Part shown: positions 10,801-19,859 of the stretch, piece by piece | Position numbering within the stretch: position 1 is the stretch's first letter | How the letters are laid out: every line of letters starts with the position of its first letter | Assembly: GCA_964390695.1 (NCBI GenBank) | Contig: CAYMKI010000002.1 | Coordinates: forward strand, 6,716 to 70,715 | Direction: 5' to 3' | DNA length: 64,000 nt | Origin: an uncultured bacterium | Lineage (GTDB): Bacteria; Chlamydiota; Chlamydiia; Chlamydiales; Parachlamydiaceae | Notes under the pieces: model-generated | Told to the model about the DNA's origin: nothing | The model's database searches: none | What the model saw: the letters and a program-made list of their open reading frames with translations, nothing else | Position numbers and translations under genes: made by a program

Positions 10801-11048
10801 ACAAAAAAAAAGGCTCTGTTGCCGGTTCTGTCTTGTTTGAATCCGATCGCTGTATTGGTGCCGCTTGGAAGAGAGTTTGTCACCAAGGCATTCCCGTACA
10901 TATTTGAGATCACGTCCATTAAAGACTTTGACCCTGCCCCCGGCTGAACAGTTATTCCGTTTTTAAGCAGGCGATAGTCTCCTGGCTTCAGTGTGCGAAC
11001 ATCTGAATCCAAATTTATCCTCCGGAATAGCTGCTTGAAAAAATTCAT
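7839..11048 (-). CDS. large virion structural protein (tail/nozzle-type, 1069 aa)
   Basis: Long beta-rich ORF in the structural operon. No specific motif recognised. Confidence 0.6.
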   Translation of the reverse strand: MNFFKQLFRRINLDSDVRTLKPGDYRLLKNGITVQPGAGSKSLMDVISNMYGNALVTNSLPSGTNTAIGFKQDRTGNRAFFFVANSTASNNTIYQYKNGAITVVLRNAVLDFLATDVVEADIVGDILIWTNGRTDIQRIDVVKAIAGATYTPTAIELALIKNPPVNPITWVLEYDYAVTNNNIYGNYFQFTHRYVYELNDYSVFGPWSTLANDWVHPQATAGSPYALNVECVTYTNLALTGVPGSVDGRTVFAGQRIVLLGQTTMEENGVWVIAAGAWARAADFAAAATATTNVYVKDGFFYVGKVLRLYSLVVAGVGQPVVVTILDGPNKITVSRSGTPPSTVKKIEYAVRINGSNEVIIYRVEKTGSFTTSHLFYNDNYLFTIPDADSFKWNDSVPLSCRSLNVFKNRIFLLNNVEGRDITYTGSLSLTIEAQTVSRDEKVFRVARPGGKYTVGVLLADSFGRVYSVIEEQTVTIPSDPLVLYRIRVSSLPTLPAWATAKIVVTKDLTATFFVGGYTQDVYYYKKNASGVLSYSKTLASFGAEGTAIDIGLLTTNNLGYTFSAGDKIRLFLNKNDASGESVAQDYAIKSQEGRFVFIDVVNFDTKYTMLTSDRTSIRFEIYTPKKVEQEPFFEYVDYAASSLIQGDVEYGNFTVTKVVGAYSATDPFANNYGGYTDFYNIATLQMTLSKNFPNWVTPGARSVIKSDSRQIAKTTYLRFGEQYIQNSEQLGLNTFYALNEYALPIENGPGVSIVEAGQVMVAISEAETSSVYVGEGFVNTGSSSFLTKTDSVIGDDQKYQGGHGSIHPRSIVSRDSRVYFLDARKGVIVRRSQDGLTVISQYGVKGLVSNLCETHLALGSDSRIVAGWDPQYDCYVISFVKISDNTGYTLYFHEPSNAWVCQADIKPTLWGILEQKQIAFLGGQFWIQTPEANWNNWFGTQYSRTLEFEIAPGQSLECIWNAIEVDVETLFTTAGTNEDIVLLYHVRGGQLQTRINYLDFQKRASAYRSAFFRNINDASFGSTTESKYKSPDSIRGQSAYITIVSNVTGYNSMKSITVFYTPSMQSFQ

Positions 11049-11051
11049 TCC

Positions 11052-11840
11052 TTAAATGCTTTGAACCAATCTATAAGAATCTCTCATCACCTCAAGAACG
11101 TCTGCGGCTGAAACCTTCTGTATTCTGTTTTGAACTTTGTAGTACTCGTTCCAATAATCATCTTTTGCTTCTTTCTTTTCAGCCTGATTTGAACTCTTGG
11201 AATATTTATGGCGCTGCCAGTGGGCATACAACTTCAATAGCTTGGCCGCATAGATGTTTACGACTGTCTTCTCAGATGGATTGATACCGTCACTGATATA
11301 CTCCAAATAGATTGAAGTATCTCCTTTAACTCTGGGGCTGAACTGAATCTCTCTGCGCTCAGGATTCATCTTAAAGTAGCCAACGCCATTTCCTTTCACT
11401 GTCAATCCGTACAATTGTCCCGGATCTTCACCGCGAGAATTCCAATTGTAGAAATAGTATTTGTTAGGGTTGCTTGGATCAGGAACGATTTCTTCTTCGG
11501 TAGGCTCTGGAGGATCAGACTCTAATAAATTTTGATCCGGCAAAGCAATACGCTCGTCATTTGTGAAGACTCGTATTTCGCCATTGACAACAACGCCTAT
11601 TTGAACAAAGTCAACGTAGTCAAGCGGAAGCTCAATAGATTTCCAAGCGGTTAGAGGCAAATATGCTGTTTTTACTTCTTGTGCTAAGTCCAGATGAAAA
11701 TCAAGATAACCATCAATCACCCAATGACGAAATTGCTCGTACCTCTCCATGGAAGCACCAATATCCATTAGCGCACTTTTGACTACTTGGTCAAGCGTTA
11801 CAAATCCTCTTTGGATATGACCTTGTTTTGTAGTACTCAT
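11052..11840 (-). CDS. hypothetical structural protein
   Basis: 262-aa ORF, tightly packed in the operon. Confidence 0.55.
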   Translation of the reverse strand: MSTTKQGHIQRGFVTLDQVVKSALMDIGASMERYEQFRHWVIDGYLDFHLDLAQEVKTAYLPLTAWKSIELPLDYVDFVQIGVVVNGEIRVFTNDERIALPDQNLLESDPPEPTEEEIVPDPSNPNKYYFYNWNSRGEDPGQLYGLTVKGNGVGYFKMNPERREIQFSPRVKGDTSIYLEYISDGINPSEKTVVNIYAAKLLKLYAHWQRHKYSKSSNQAEKKEAKDDYWNEYYKVQNRIQKVSAADVLEVMRDSYRLVQSI

Positions 11841-12379
11841 ACAAAGGCGTATTTATTTTCAATTTTATTTTCAATTAAAGCAGATTTATAAGCTGAATAA
11901 GCCTCTTCTTCTGAATGAAAAGTTCCTAAACTCTTATTCTTTTTATCCACATAAATACTAGCGTACCATTTTCTATCTCTTTTAATATAAGACACGCCTG
12001 GATATTTACTGCTCTTACCTCTTCTCAAGTGCCCATGTAAAGCATTTTCATTATTATTAATCCATTCTAGATTTGAAGGCACATTATTTTTCCTGTCTCC
12101 ATCAATATGATTAACCTGTTTTGATAATTTTATATTTTCAACGAAAGCAAGAGCAACAAGTCTATGGACTTTAATCCCTTTAGTTCTCCCGTGTTTTGAT
12201 AAAAAGCATTGATTATAACCGTCATTATCACTGAATTTTACTATGGATTCTTTTCTTGAGATAAACCCAGAATAATTTCCACTATTTTCGTAGGTTCTTG
12301 CCAATGACTTAACTCTCCCCAAATTGCTCACTTGGTAAAGCCCTTCGTAACCTTCAATATCTTTCCAGATTTCTTCCAT
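11837..12379 (-). CDS. HNH homing endonuclease (NUMOD4 + HNH + AP2-like DNA-binding domain)
   Basis: WKDIEGYEGLYQVSNLGRVKS (NUMOD4); HRLVALAFV...VNHIDGDRKNNVPSNLEW (HNH); YPGVSYIKRDRKWYASI...GTFHSEEEA (AP2). Confidence 0.85.
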   Translation of the reverse strand: MEEIWKDIEGYEGLYQVSNLGRVKSLARTYENSGNYSGFISRKESIVKFSDNDGYNQCFLSKHGRTKGIKVHRLVALAFVENIKLSKQVNHIDGDRKNNVPSNLEWINNNENALHGHLRRGKSSKYPGVSYIKRDRKWYASIYVDKKNKSLGTFHSEEEAYSAYKSALIENKIENKYAFV

Positions 12380-13005
12380 TATCTTTGAACTTTGATCCCA
12401 ATATCAGCATTCCCGTCTAACCTTTTGTCTTGTATCGGCATTCCCTTAATCATCTGTCTCACTTTTTCAATAATCTCAATCTGGTGCTCAGGGTATATCG
12501 GCAAGAAATCGTCTATCCCTACTGAGTCAGGGCTAGCCACAACCAAATCAACCAGAACCTTAGCTAGCTCGATGTCATTATCGAAGTAAACCTTTCGGCC
12601 CTTCGTCCAATAACTCTGTTGATCAGGATCCAGATCAGCGCATGGAAGATTGCGACTGACTGCCGGATTATGTCTCGGAATGAAAACGTTCGTAGGGTCA
12701 GTTACAGGTGCCACCGCAGCAAGTCCTTTGTTAAAAGGGAGGCTAATGTAGAAATCTGGGAGATCAATGTACTTATTAGTTCCAGTGCCTTGAACATCCA
12801 CTGTGTACGTGACTACCATCAAATTCAGCACACTTCTATCGTCTTGCGCCAATTTCTCGTAAATCCGTGGCATCAAAACCGTGTTGGACATCTGCCGTAC
12901 GTACTGGATAACGTATGCTTCCGACAAATTAGAGTCCGTGGACTGTCCTCCTCCGCTCTCGAGTTCGATTATTTCTCTTGCCAGTTTTCGAAGTGTTACG
13001 CTCAT
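12379..13005 (-). CDS. hypothetical structural protein
   Basis: 208-aa ORF; its start overlaps the neighbouring stop. Confidence 0.55.
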   Translation of the reverse strand: MSVTLRKLAREIIELESGGGQSTDSNLSEAYVIQYVRQMSNTVLMPRIYEKLAQDDRSVLNLMVVTYTVDVQGTGTNKYIDLPDFYISLPFNKGLAAVAPVTDPTNVFIPRHNPAVSRNLPCADLDPDQQSYWTKGRKVYFDNDIELAKVLVDLVVASPDSVGIDDFLPIYPEHQIEIIEKVRQMIKGMPIQDKRLDGNADIGIKVQR

Positions 13006-13652
13006 TTTACAGTGGCTTCAATTGGAACAGGACTTTGACCTACTCTTTGCAATTGGCCGTCACGCATGGAAAGCCCGAGCATGAGCAATGATTTTTCGAC
13101 CAATATTGGATGAACAAGTGGGCTCCATTCTACATCTACGCTATTGGCATCATCATAAATATATTGCGAACTAACCAATGTAGTCGCAAAGACTGGCTTA
13201 ACCGGACGTTTGAAATAATTGAAAACAAGTGGGGTGATCTGCGCTGACAACTCAATCTTTTTTGAGGTATCAAAGTAGATGTTCCCGATCAGGTTTGTGG
13301 TAGACGGGGCATCAATAGGATCTCTTAACCGGTTCCTGAATGTGCCGGCTTCAAATATTCGAACTGGATAATCGACTGAGTTCACTGTAACCCAGCAATC
13401 CATTTCGTGCTCAAAATCACTTGGCAAATCTCCAATCTTGGCCGTAATCGGAATACTGGCTCTCTTTTGAAATGGTAAAAGTTCATTTCTGACCTGTTTT
13501 GTTTTGGCAAATTCTTGGATCAGCGGACGGAACAGGTTCATTTGAGTCTGGTCAATAACGTCCATTATCTGACTGTCGGAGTGATAGCCAGTAATTCCCT
13601 TGTCTGTGGCAAGAGCTACGAGGTCATAAATTTGCTTGATCAGTTTTGCCAT
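13002..13652 (-). CDS. hypothetical structural protein
   Basis: 216-aa ORF with a 4-nt overlap to the neighbour. Confidence 0.55.
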   Translation of the reverse strand: MAKLIKQIYDLVALATDKGITGYHSDSQIMDVIDQTQMNLFRPLIQEFAKTKQVRNELLPFQKRASIPITAKIGDLPSDFEHEMDCWVTVNSVDYPVRIFEAGTFRNRLRDPIDAPSTTNLIGNIYFDTSKKIELSAQITPLVFNYFKRPVKPVFATTLVSSQYIYDDANSVDVEWSPLVHPILVEKSLLMLGLSMRDGQLQRVGQSPVPIEATVK

Positions 13653-14206
13653 TATGAAGCGGCTTTACCAAAAGGTCTTAATGTAGCTGCGCGGATCAAT
13701 TTGACGTTTCCTGCAGTTGCTATCTGTATGGTTTTGATAACGCCTGGAAACGTATAAACTACATCCTTGGCAAAGTCCGTAAGGGATACGCCTGCAGAAG
13801 TAAATCCGCCACCTTGAAGGTTTGGATCCCAGAATGTAATGGTCACATTTGCCGCACTCAAGTCGGCTCCAACTGGGGTAAATGCATCCCAAGCGCCTTC
13901 CCCACCCGTTTGCGACCATGTTCCGAAGATACCTTCCGCAACAAATGGCTTGTTTATGACCACGCGATTTGCGTCAATTACATACAAAACCCGAGTTGTG
14001 CCATTGTAATTGGTGGTTCCTGCAATGACAATTGGTGAGCCTTTTTTAAGGCCATGATCAGTATCCGTCATAACGGCTTTTCCTGCCCATCTGCCGCCTG
14101 CCACCGACCATGCTGCTGTCACGGTTCCTGTAAGGCCAGCCAGCCCAATATCGTCAGTTCCTTTATCGGCTGAAAAGATTGAAGATGCTTTGTAAATTGA
14201 TCCCAT
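13652..14206 (-). CDS. hypothetical structural protein
   Basis: 184-aa Gly/Thr/Ala-rich ORF. Confidence 0.55.
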   Translation of the reverse strand: MGSIYKASSIFSADKGTDDIGLAGLTGTVTAAWSVAGGRWAGKAVMTDTDHGLKKGSPIVIAGTTNYNGTTRVLYVIDANRVVINKPFVAEGIFGTWSQTGGEGAWDAFTPVGADLSAANVTITFWDPNLQGGGFTSAGVSLTDFAKDVVYTFPGVIKTIQIATAGNVKLIRAATLRPFGKAAS

Positions 14207-14252
14207 GGCTTTTTTTAATAAAATTAGACAATCTTTGAATATAGTGCAAAAG

Positions 14253-14894
14253 TCACCTTTTACGGGCGACTTGCATCTTTAGAACTGAATTAATCTCTAT
14301 CAACTTATTCTCATGCGTTAGTTGATAGGTACTTGTTTCTTTCCACTTGCGAAAAGTTATCATTTTCCAAAACCACTTGTCCGGCCTGCTCCTAATGTCT
14401 ATACCGGTGATAACGTCAGTTTGTTTAAATCGACTAGAATCATTCACATAGAAGCGAAGATCGTTATGCTTGTCTTTGTATTCAAATAATCTAAGGGTAG
14501 TGTCTTTCGGGTGAACAGTTGAGTGAACAGGATCATCCATCACGCTATCTACTTTCGATGTGGTGTTAAATGTAGTGAGAGACTCTACTTTTTTCAACTT
14601 CACGTTAAATGCCTTCTCAAGATTGAATCTTTCAAGTTTAGCAATTTTATCAAAGTTCTTACGGTCCAACTCCTGATTTTGAATGACTATAACTGCGTCA
14701 CCTAATTTGTTTTTGTACTCGGTGACCTCCGCTTCTTTTTTGTCGACAAGTGACAAGGCCGCATCCATACCCTTAGCATTTTCTTCTTTTTGTATCCGCT
14801 GGGAATCGCCCCATTGATACATAACCCATAACAAAACTAAAAGAATGCCTATTGCGGCAAACTTCCAATGCTTTAGTAAAAATGCTTGTACCAT
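14253..14894 (-). CDS. N-terminally membrane-anchored protein downstream of the endolysin (spanin-like/lysis accessory candidate)
   Basis: WKFAAIGILLVLLWVMY TM segment followed by a charged, coil-like region. The call rests on its position directly after the endolysin. Confidence 0.45.
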   Translation of the reverse strand: MVQAFLLKHWKFAAIGILLVLLWVMYQWGDSQRIQKEENAKGMDAALSLVDKKEAEVTEYKNKLGDAVIVIQNQELDRKNFDKIAKLERFNLEKAFNVKLKKVESLTTFNTTSKVDSVMDDPVHSTVHPKDTTLRLFEYKDKHNDLRFYVNDSSRFKQTDVITGIDIRSRPDKWFWKMITFRKWKETSTYQLTHENKLIEINSVLKMQVARKR

Positions 14895-14897
14895 TGA

Positions 14898-15440
14898 TTA
14901 TTTATTTGTGTCAATGTCAACCAATAAAACTTTCTTCGTATTTTCTAAATACTTTAAGCGATCTGCGTAGCCATTCAAGCCCCCATTGATTCGCTTGGTA
15001 ATCTTCTCGAAGTCCATAACGTCAGCCAATACGTTTAACTTCTTAGTATTCCAAAACCACCCAGCCGAAAAGGCAGCATATAAGGGTTGCTCTAAAAGTT
15101 CTGGTTTAGCGATAAGATCAACACCTATATACTTGCCCAACGCTTGATAGTTTGCGCGGCCTGTGATTTGAATTAAACCCCTACCTTTGAACTTTACGCC
15201 ATCACCTACATAAATATTACCAAGATCTTTGCGGCCTTCGTAGGCTTCTCCGGTGGCTAATTCCTTCACCCATTTTAATGATCCTGATTCGTGTGCTAAT
15301 TGAGCCAGAAAGCAAGCTATTCTTTTAGATGTATTGATTGAATAATGTTCAAGTGTCCTATTAATTGGATCAATGAATCGATCAATATTTGCCTGTGTTG
15401 CTGCTGGCATGATAGCCTTTAATTGCTCCTTAGTAATCAT
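14898..15440 (-). CDS. endolysin, glycoside hydrolase family 19 (chitinase-like)
   Basis: CFLAQLAHESGSL...YEGRKDLGN...FKGRGLIQITGRANY...AGWFWN...INGGLNG: a typical GH19 phage lysin signature. Confidence 0.85.
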   Translation of the reverse strand: MITKEQLKAIMPAATQANIDRFIDPINRTLEHYSINTSKRIACFLAQLAHESGSLKWVKELATGEAYEGRKDLGNIYVGDGVKFKGRGLIQITGRANYQALGKYIGVDLIAKPELLEQPLYAAFSAGWFWNTKKLNVLADVMDFEKITKRINGGLNGYADRLKYLENTKKVLLVDIDTNK

Positions 15441-15658
15441 TTCTTTTCAGCTATTTCTTTGAGTGCGTCCAATTCGTTTTTGATGAAGATGTCCAACCTG
15501 TTGTTTATACCCTTTACATCATCTTCAATTCGCGTCATGCCGTTTTTAATCGACATCAGTCCGCTAATCTTAGCATTGTTCTGAATGGTTGTTAGGCTTA
15601 TCCAAGCCACCCATCCAGTAAAAAGAACTCCTATAACTGCGTAGATTTCTGCTCCCAT
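15437..15658 (-). CDS. holin candidate (single TM plus coiled C-terminus)
   Basis: 73 aa; TM IYAVIGVLFTGWVAWISL; overlaps the endolysin start. Confidence 0.5.
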   Translation of the reverse strand: MGAEIYAVIGVLFTGWVAWISLTTIQNNAKISGLMSIKNGMTRIEDDVKGINNRLDIFIKNELDALKEIAEKK

Positions 15659-15780
15659 TGATCGCGTATTTTTTTTTCAATTTCTCTTATTTTATCTCTC
15701 TGCCTTTTTGCGAACCATGTCAGCAAACCCATTACCAAGAACAGAATTATAATGACAAAGCAAGCAGCAAATTCACTCAT
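15631..15780 (-). CDS. small TM protein (holin/antiholin candidate)
   Basis: Start refined to MSEFAACFVIIILFLVMGLLTW (ATG at 15780, overlapping the upstream stop as ATGAGTGA). Confidence 0.45.
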   Translation of the reverse strand: MSEFAACFVIIILFLVMGLLTWFAKRQRDKIREIEKKIRDQWEQKSTQL

Positions 15781-16147
15781 CTTTAGCGTCCCAAACAATC
15801 CAGCACACAAATAACACTTGAATAACATTAAATGAAAACGGTATATCTAAAACCCTAAACCATGTCGAATTGTATGTTAGCAAGTAGTCAAAGAAATCAA
15901 ACACCGACAACGAAAAGAAAAACGATAGCTGCCGTCTGATTAATTTGATTTCCATGAACATGAGATAGTACAAATACACGAAAGCCAAGTGTTCACACAA
16001 GTAGTAAACGTATTCCTGAACAGTACATTTAGCGTCTGAGAACAAAAAAAAGTCCATGGACTTTCCGTATGGTATCGCTTTTAAGAACACCAACTGCATC
16101 ACCGTAATGAATGCCAGAAACGCTATTTTCTTTTGTCTGTCGTTCAT
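15773..16147 (-). CDS. multi-pass small membrane protein
   Basis: Start refined to MNDRQKK (ATGA overlap with the upstream stop at 16144-16147). Several hydrophobic helices. Confidence 0.5.
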   Translation of the reverse strand: MNDRQKKIAFLAFITVMQLVFLKAIPYGKSMDFFLFSDAKCTVQEYVYYLCEHLAFVYLYYLMFMEIKLIRRQLSFFFSLSVFDFFDYLLTYNSTWFRVLDIPFSFNVIQVLFVCWIVWDAKDE

Positions 16148-16353
16148 CCGCATCCGCCAGGAGGACAACCACCACCGCCCGGCTTTCCTATTTGTAAGTT
16201 TGTGTAAACCCTGATATTGTCTTTGTTCATTTCCTTGGTGAACAAAGCTATTAATTTTAAAAGTCTATCGCTAGGCTCATCTTCTGAACCACTCTGAAAA
16301 TTTAAAAAAGTAACCCCCTTTGGGTATTTTTCTTTGTGTTTCTTCTTTGCCAT
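16144..16353 (-). CDS. small basic protein with a Gly/Cys/Pro C-terminal tail
   Basis: Start refined to MAKKKHKEKYPKG (TAATG overlap at 16351-16355). Ends ...GKPGGGGCPPGGCG. Confidence 0.45.
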   Translation of the reverse strand: MAKKKHKEKYPKGVTFLNFQSGSEDEPSDRLLKLIALFTKEMNKDNIRVYTNLQIGKPGGGGCPPGGCG

Positions 16354-16763
16354 TATTTCACTTCGGTTGTAGTGGTAGTTGTGACCTTTGTTTCTGGTTC
16401 CTCCTCTTTCTCTTTTTTCACTGGTGCCCGACCAAAAAAAGCAAGTGCATAATCTAGTACGCTCCTGCCAAGCAAGGCAAATCCTATTAAAAAGCAAACA
16501 ACATACCATACCTCAATAGGCACATTCGATATGAAAGCAGCCTTAAAAATGATCGGCCAAATTCCCATTAAAGCCCAATAGATAGTTTGCTCATGCCCTT
16601 CCCAAAAGAAGTTGCTGCCCTCCATTCCCCTCACTGCGCGTTCACGGAGTTTTATCTGCCAGAACCAAATGAAGAAAGTACATACTGTCCACATTATAAG
16701 TCCGTCAAATCGCTCCGCATTCGAGAAGTGATTTAAAATAAATGAGTCTATAATTTTTCCCAT
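16353..16763 (-). CDS. membrane protein
   Basis: 136 aa, about four hydrophobic helices, Thr-rich tail. Confidence 0.55.
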   Translation of the reverse strand: MGKIIDSFILNHFSNAERFDGLIMWTVCTFFIWFWQIKLRERAVRGMEGSNFFWEGHEQTIYWALMGIWPIIFKAAFISNVPIEVWYVVCFLIGFALLGRSVLDYALAFFGRAPVKKEKEEEPETKVTTTTTTEVK

Positions 16764-16805
16764 TTGAGTTTAGATTTTATGCTATTGTTGTAAAAGTCTA
16801 TTGCT

Positions 16806-18323
16806 TTACCAATTTGTAAGTACATTTTCCATCGCAGCACGAACAATCTCACGTGCCGAAGGCTTACCTACCAGAACCGCTTCAAAATCTCCATCCATGT
16901 AACTACCAATCACTCCGTTTACATCATTTGCCCCCACGGTTAATCTTCCCGTGCCGGAGTTGGTTACTTGTGTGACTGAATAAGTTCCGTCAGCAGCGGC
17001 ATCTTTATAATTATTCTTTGCCGTGCTTGATGTGCGTTCGGCTAAGTACCATTTATTTCCCAATGCCGCATCGGAAAAGGCTGAAACTGCCACATCGTTA
17101 ACCCGACTAAAGGCAGTTGTTCCATTTTGTCCAATTTGCAATTGACTGGTTCCTGATCCAACACCAATCGCAGCGCAAGTTGTAGCCGTTCTATTGGCCT
17201 TGATTTTGACAGCAATAAATTGATTTTGTTGTGACGAAACGATATTGTAAGTCGGGAAAAATGAAATGCGCCAAGTGGATGAAGTTCCATTTGTTGATAC
17301 ATGACTATTAGCTACAAATGTTGCTCCTGAATTACTGCCGTTGTAAATAAAAGCCCAATCAAATAATGCATCTTCTTCGGTAGCGGCTTTTAATTTTGAA
17401 ACCACATCCATATCAAACAAATTCGTACCAACAGCATTGATAAATGTTTGAACCAAATCCTTCCTGGTCGTTGACAAATCTGAAGGGTGACACGCAATTA
17501 TAGACCTTGCCCACTTGCTATATGAACTGTTTAACAGCCATTTACTACCCATCATGTCAGCCAATAAATTATTGCCTGTTTGATTAAGGTGAAGCCCATC
17601 AACTAAGTAATAAGGATTTCCAGCAACACTTGGGAAACTCGAAACGCTTCCGGCAATACTTACTTGCGGGAATAAATTAGCTGCGTTCACAAGATACTTA
17701 CGAATAGAGGCAATCTTGGATGTAATGGAACCCGCTGGAAGCCTTCCGATAATAACGATCTTGATTTGAGTTTTTGGATACTTGGTAGTTATTCTAGTGA
17801 ATAAACTATTCATGTCGCTTTCAATATTTGCCAGCGTTGCGCTATACGCAGCATCGTTAATTCCAAGATGCATTACAACGTATTTTGGATAAGCAACACC
17901 AACAGCCGCACAAGCCTCATCGCAGAAAGCTTCTGAATTTGCGTACAAAGATGACGCGGTTGACCATGTATCGGTAGCGCCAGCATCAAAACTAAATGTA
18001 GTTCCGCCAACACCAGACAATGCAAACACGGGTTTCTTGCCTGTATTATTATAGTAGTTGATGCCATATTTCGGCCAGATGCTTCCCCAATTTACATTGG
18101 TAACATCTTGTTGGATATCCGTAGCTCCGATTTGTTGTACGCTACCCGCATAATATTGGAAAACAGTACCCGCGACAGGAGTAGGACCATAAGCCCCTGA
18201 CGGACGCGACCGAGTGAATGAGTCGCCAACTACCCATATAACCTCCTTACCGTCTGAGGAAGTGGCTGTTTTTTGTGATCTCACTGGCCTTCTATAAAAA
18301 AATGCTTTTTTTGCCGCTATCAT
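16806..18323 (-). CDS. SGNH/GDSL-family esterase fused to a beta-rich C-terminal domain (tail-associated polysaccharide deacylase candidate)
   Basis: VIWVVGDSFTRS (block I GDS), VVMHLGINDA (block III), DGLHLNQTGN (block V DxxH). Lies next to the fibre genes. Confidence 0.7.
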   Translation of the reverse strand: MIAAKKAFFYRRPVRSQKTATSSDGKEVIWVVGDSFTRSRPSGAYGPTPVAGTVFQYYAGSVQQIGATDIQQDVTNVNWGSIWPKYGINYYNNTGKKPVFALSGVGGTTFSFDAGATDTWSTASSLYANSEAFCDEACAAVGVAYPKYVVMHLGINDAAYSATLANIESDMNSLFTRITTKYPKTQIKIVIIGRLPAGSITSKIASIRKYLVNAANLFPQVSIAGSVSSFPSVAGNPYYLVDGLHLNQTGNNLLADMMGSKWLLNSSYSKWARSIIACHPSDLSTTRKDLVQTFINAVGTNLFDMDVVSKLKAATEEDALFDWAFIYNGSNSGATFVANSHVSTNGTSSTWRISFFPTYNIVSSQQNQFIAVKIKANRTATTCAAIGVGSGTSQLQIGQNGTTAFSRVNDVAVSAFSDAALGNKWYLAERTSSTAKNNYKDAAADGTYSVTQVTNSGTGRLTVGANDVNGVIGSYMDGDFEAVLVGKPSAREIVRAAMENVLTNW

Positions 18324-18327
18324 TTTG

Positions 18328-19857
18328 TTATCTAAAGGTTGTTGTAACCTGAACGTTAGCTACTGTTGCATCATAGCCCACAAAAATAGCTGTTGTTGCA
18401 GCTACATTCAAATTTACAGAAAATGGAGTGAAGGTAGTAACCGGCAAAGAGCAGCTAAATATAACCGTCCCCGTTTCTGTCGCTGAATCGTAAATGGTTA
18501 TTACTCCAGCCGTAACGGTTCCAGTTGGTGAAAAGGTAATCGTTTGTATGTGGCCCGCTGTTGCTTTCACTTGACCATCTGCAACTAACCTTGAATATGT
18601 TAAAGGCCTGTTTCTAACCCATAAAACGCCAGCATCATCAGTAGCGATCTCCGAATAATCACCTGCTGCGCTTGTTTGACTTGTCAATGTTGGGCCATCT
18701 CTACGAACACCAAATACTGTTGGACCTGTGTCGCCAGATGCGGCTGCAGCGTCCTCAGCTTTACCAATAGATGTTGCGCCAGTTCCACCAGTTCCTAGGT
18801 TTAATGCTACCCCCCTTAATACCTCAACAGGCAAGGCTGACCCTACACCCATAGGTCTAATATCTTGAATTGATACGTCTGTGTTTGCATAATGTGAAAC
18901 GCTTACAAATCCTATTGTCCATGTGGTTGTAGATGCAGGGGCGGTGGACCCATTGGCAATTCTGATTTGAAGTCTTAGGCTCTTATCGTCAGGAATATTT
19001 TCAACCCTTGTGGCTCTTACCGTTTGCTGAATAGTAGCCGCACTTGCAACCAACTGATCTGCATAAGTAGCTACTAAGTCATTACCTGTAACTATCGCCA
19101 TATGCCCGGGCGATGCGCTTGTTAATGTTGTGGGTGAAGATACCCCGGTCGCAAACCCGTTTCTTTGGGTGTCAAAACTTGTAACAGTTGCGGTTGTTCC
19201 GGTGTATTGAAGTTGGTAGTAATTCCAGCCAAATAAAGAGCATGTGCCAGTTCCTGCCGCGAAACCAGATACGGTAAAAGTGACATCGTTACCAGATACC
19301 GAAGCAATCGGATAGCGGCCTGATAGGAATGTACCAGTGCCTGAAAATAATCCTATATACATCGACTGACCGACATTTTCAGCGGTAAATGGATTGCTAG
19401 GAATTGTTACGGTTATGGCTGTGGCTGATCCGATTGAATAGGATAGCCCGTCACCGATAACGTCAACCAATTCAACAAAAAAATTATTGTTTGCTATACG
19501 TTGTGATAACGTTGACCTTGCCCGTAATCGAATGCCGCCCTGCCAGCTATCAATAGATCGTATAATTGTTTCACTTCTTGCTGTTGTGCCTGATGTTATA
19601 ACTAAATTGCCGCCTGTCTGGTCTACGTCCATACCTGTTCCTATGCCACCAACAATAGCGCCCCATTCAGAATCTACCGAGTTTGAAAGCGCCTTAGTAA
19701 AACCTATGCGGTCGATGTCCTGCGGAATAGTGCGCGCAAGGATAGCTAATTCATCCCCCTGCGGTGTGGTTGCTAGTTTTGGAGAAGACCCGTTGTATGG
19801 GCCGCTCTGCGAAAATACAGCCGAAGAAATCAGTAAAAAGAAAAGTATTTTTTTCAT
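18328..19857 (-). CDS. tail-fibre-like beta-rich protein with a Sec-type signal peptide
   Basis: Start refined to MKKILFFLLISSAVFSQS (ATG at 19857). Gly/Thr/Ala/Val-rich. Confidence 0.6.
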   Translation of the reverse strand: MKKILFFLLISSAVFSQSGPYNGSSPKLATTPQGDELAILARTIPQDIDRIGFTKALSNSVDSEWGAIVGGIGTGMDVDQTGGNLVITSGTTARSETIIRSIDSWQGGIRLRARSTLSQRIANNNFFVELVDVIGDGLSYSIGSATAITVTIPSNPFTAENVGQSMYIGLFSGTGTFLSGRYPIASVSGNDVTFTVSGFAAGTGTCSLFGWNYYQLQYTGTTATVTSFDTQRNGFATGVSSPTTLTSASPGHMAIVTGNDLVATYADQLVASAATIQQTVRATRVENIPDDKSLRLQIRIANGSTAPASTTTWTIGFVSVSHYANTDVSIQDIRPMGVGSALPVEVLRGVALNLGTGGTGATSIGKAEDAAAASGDTGPTVFGVRRDGPTLTSQTSAAGDYSEIATDDAGVLWVRNRPLTYSRLVADGQVKATAGHIQTITFSPTGTVTAGVITIYDSATETGTVIFSCSLPVTTFTPFSVNLNVAATTAIFVGYDATVANVQVTTTFR

Positions 19858-19859
19858 AA

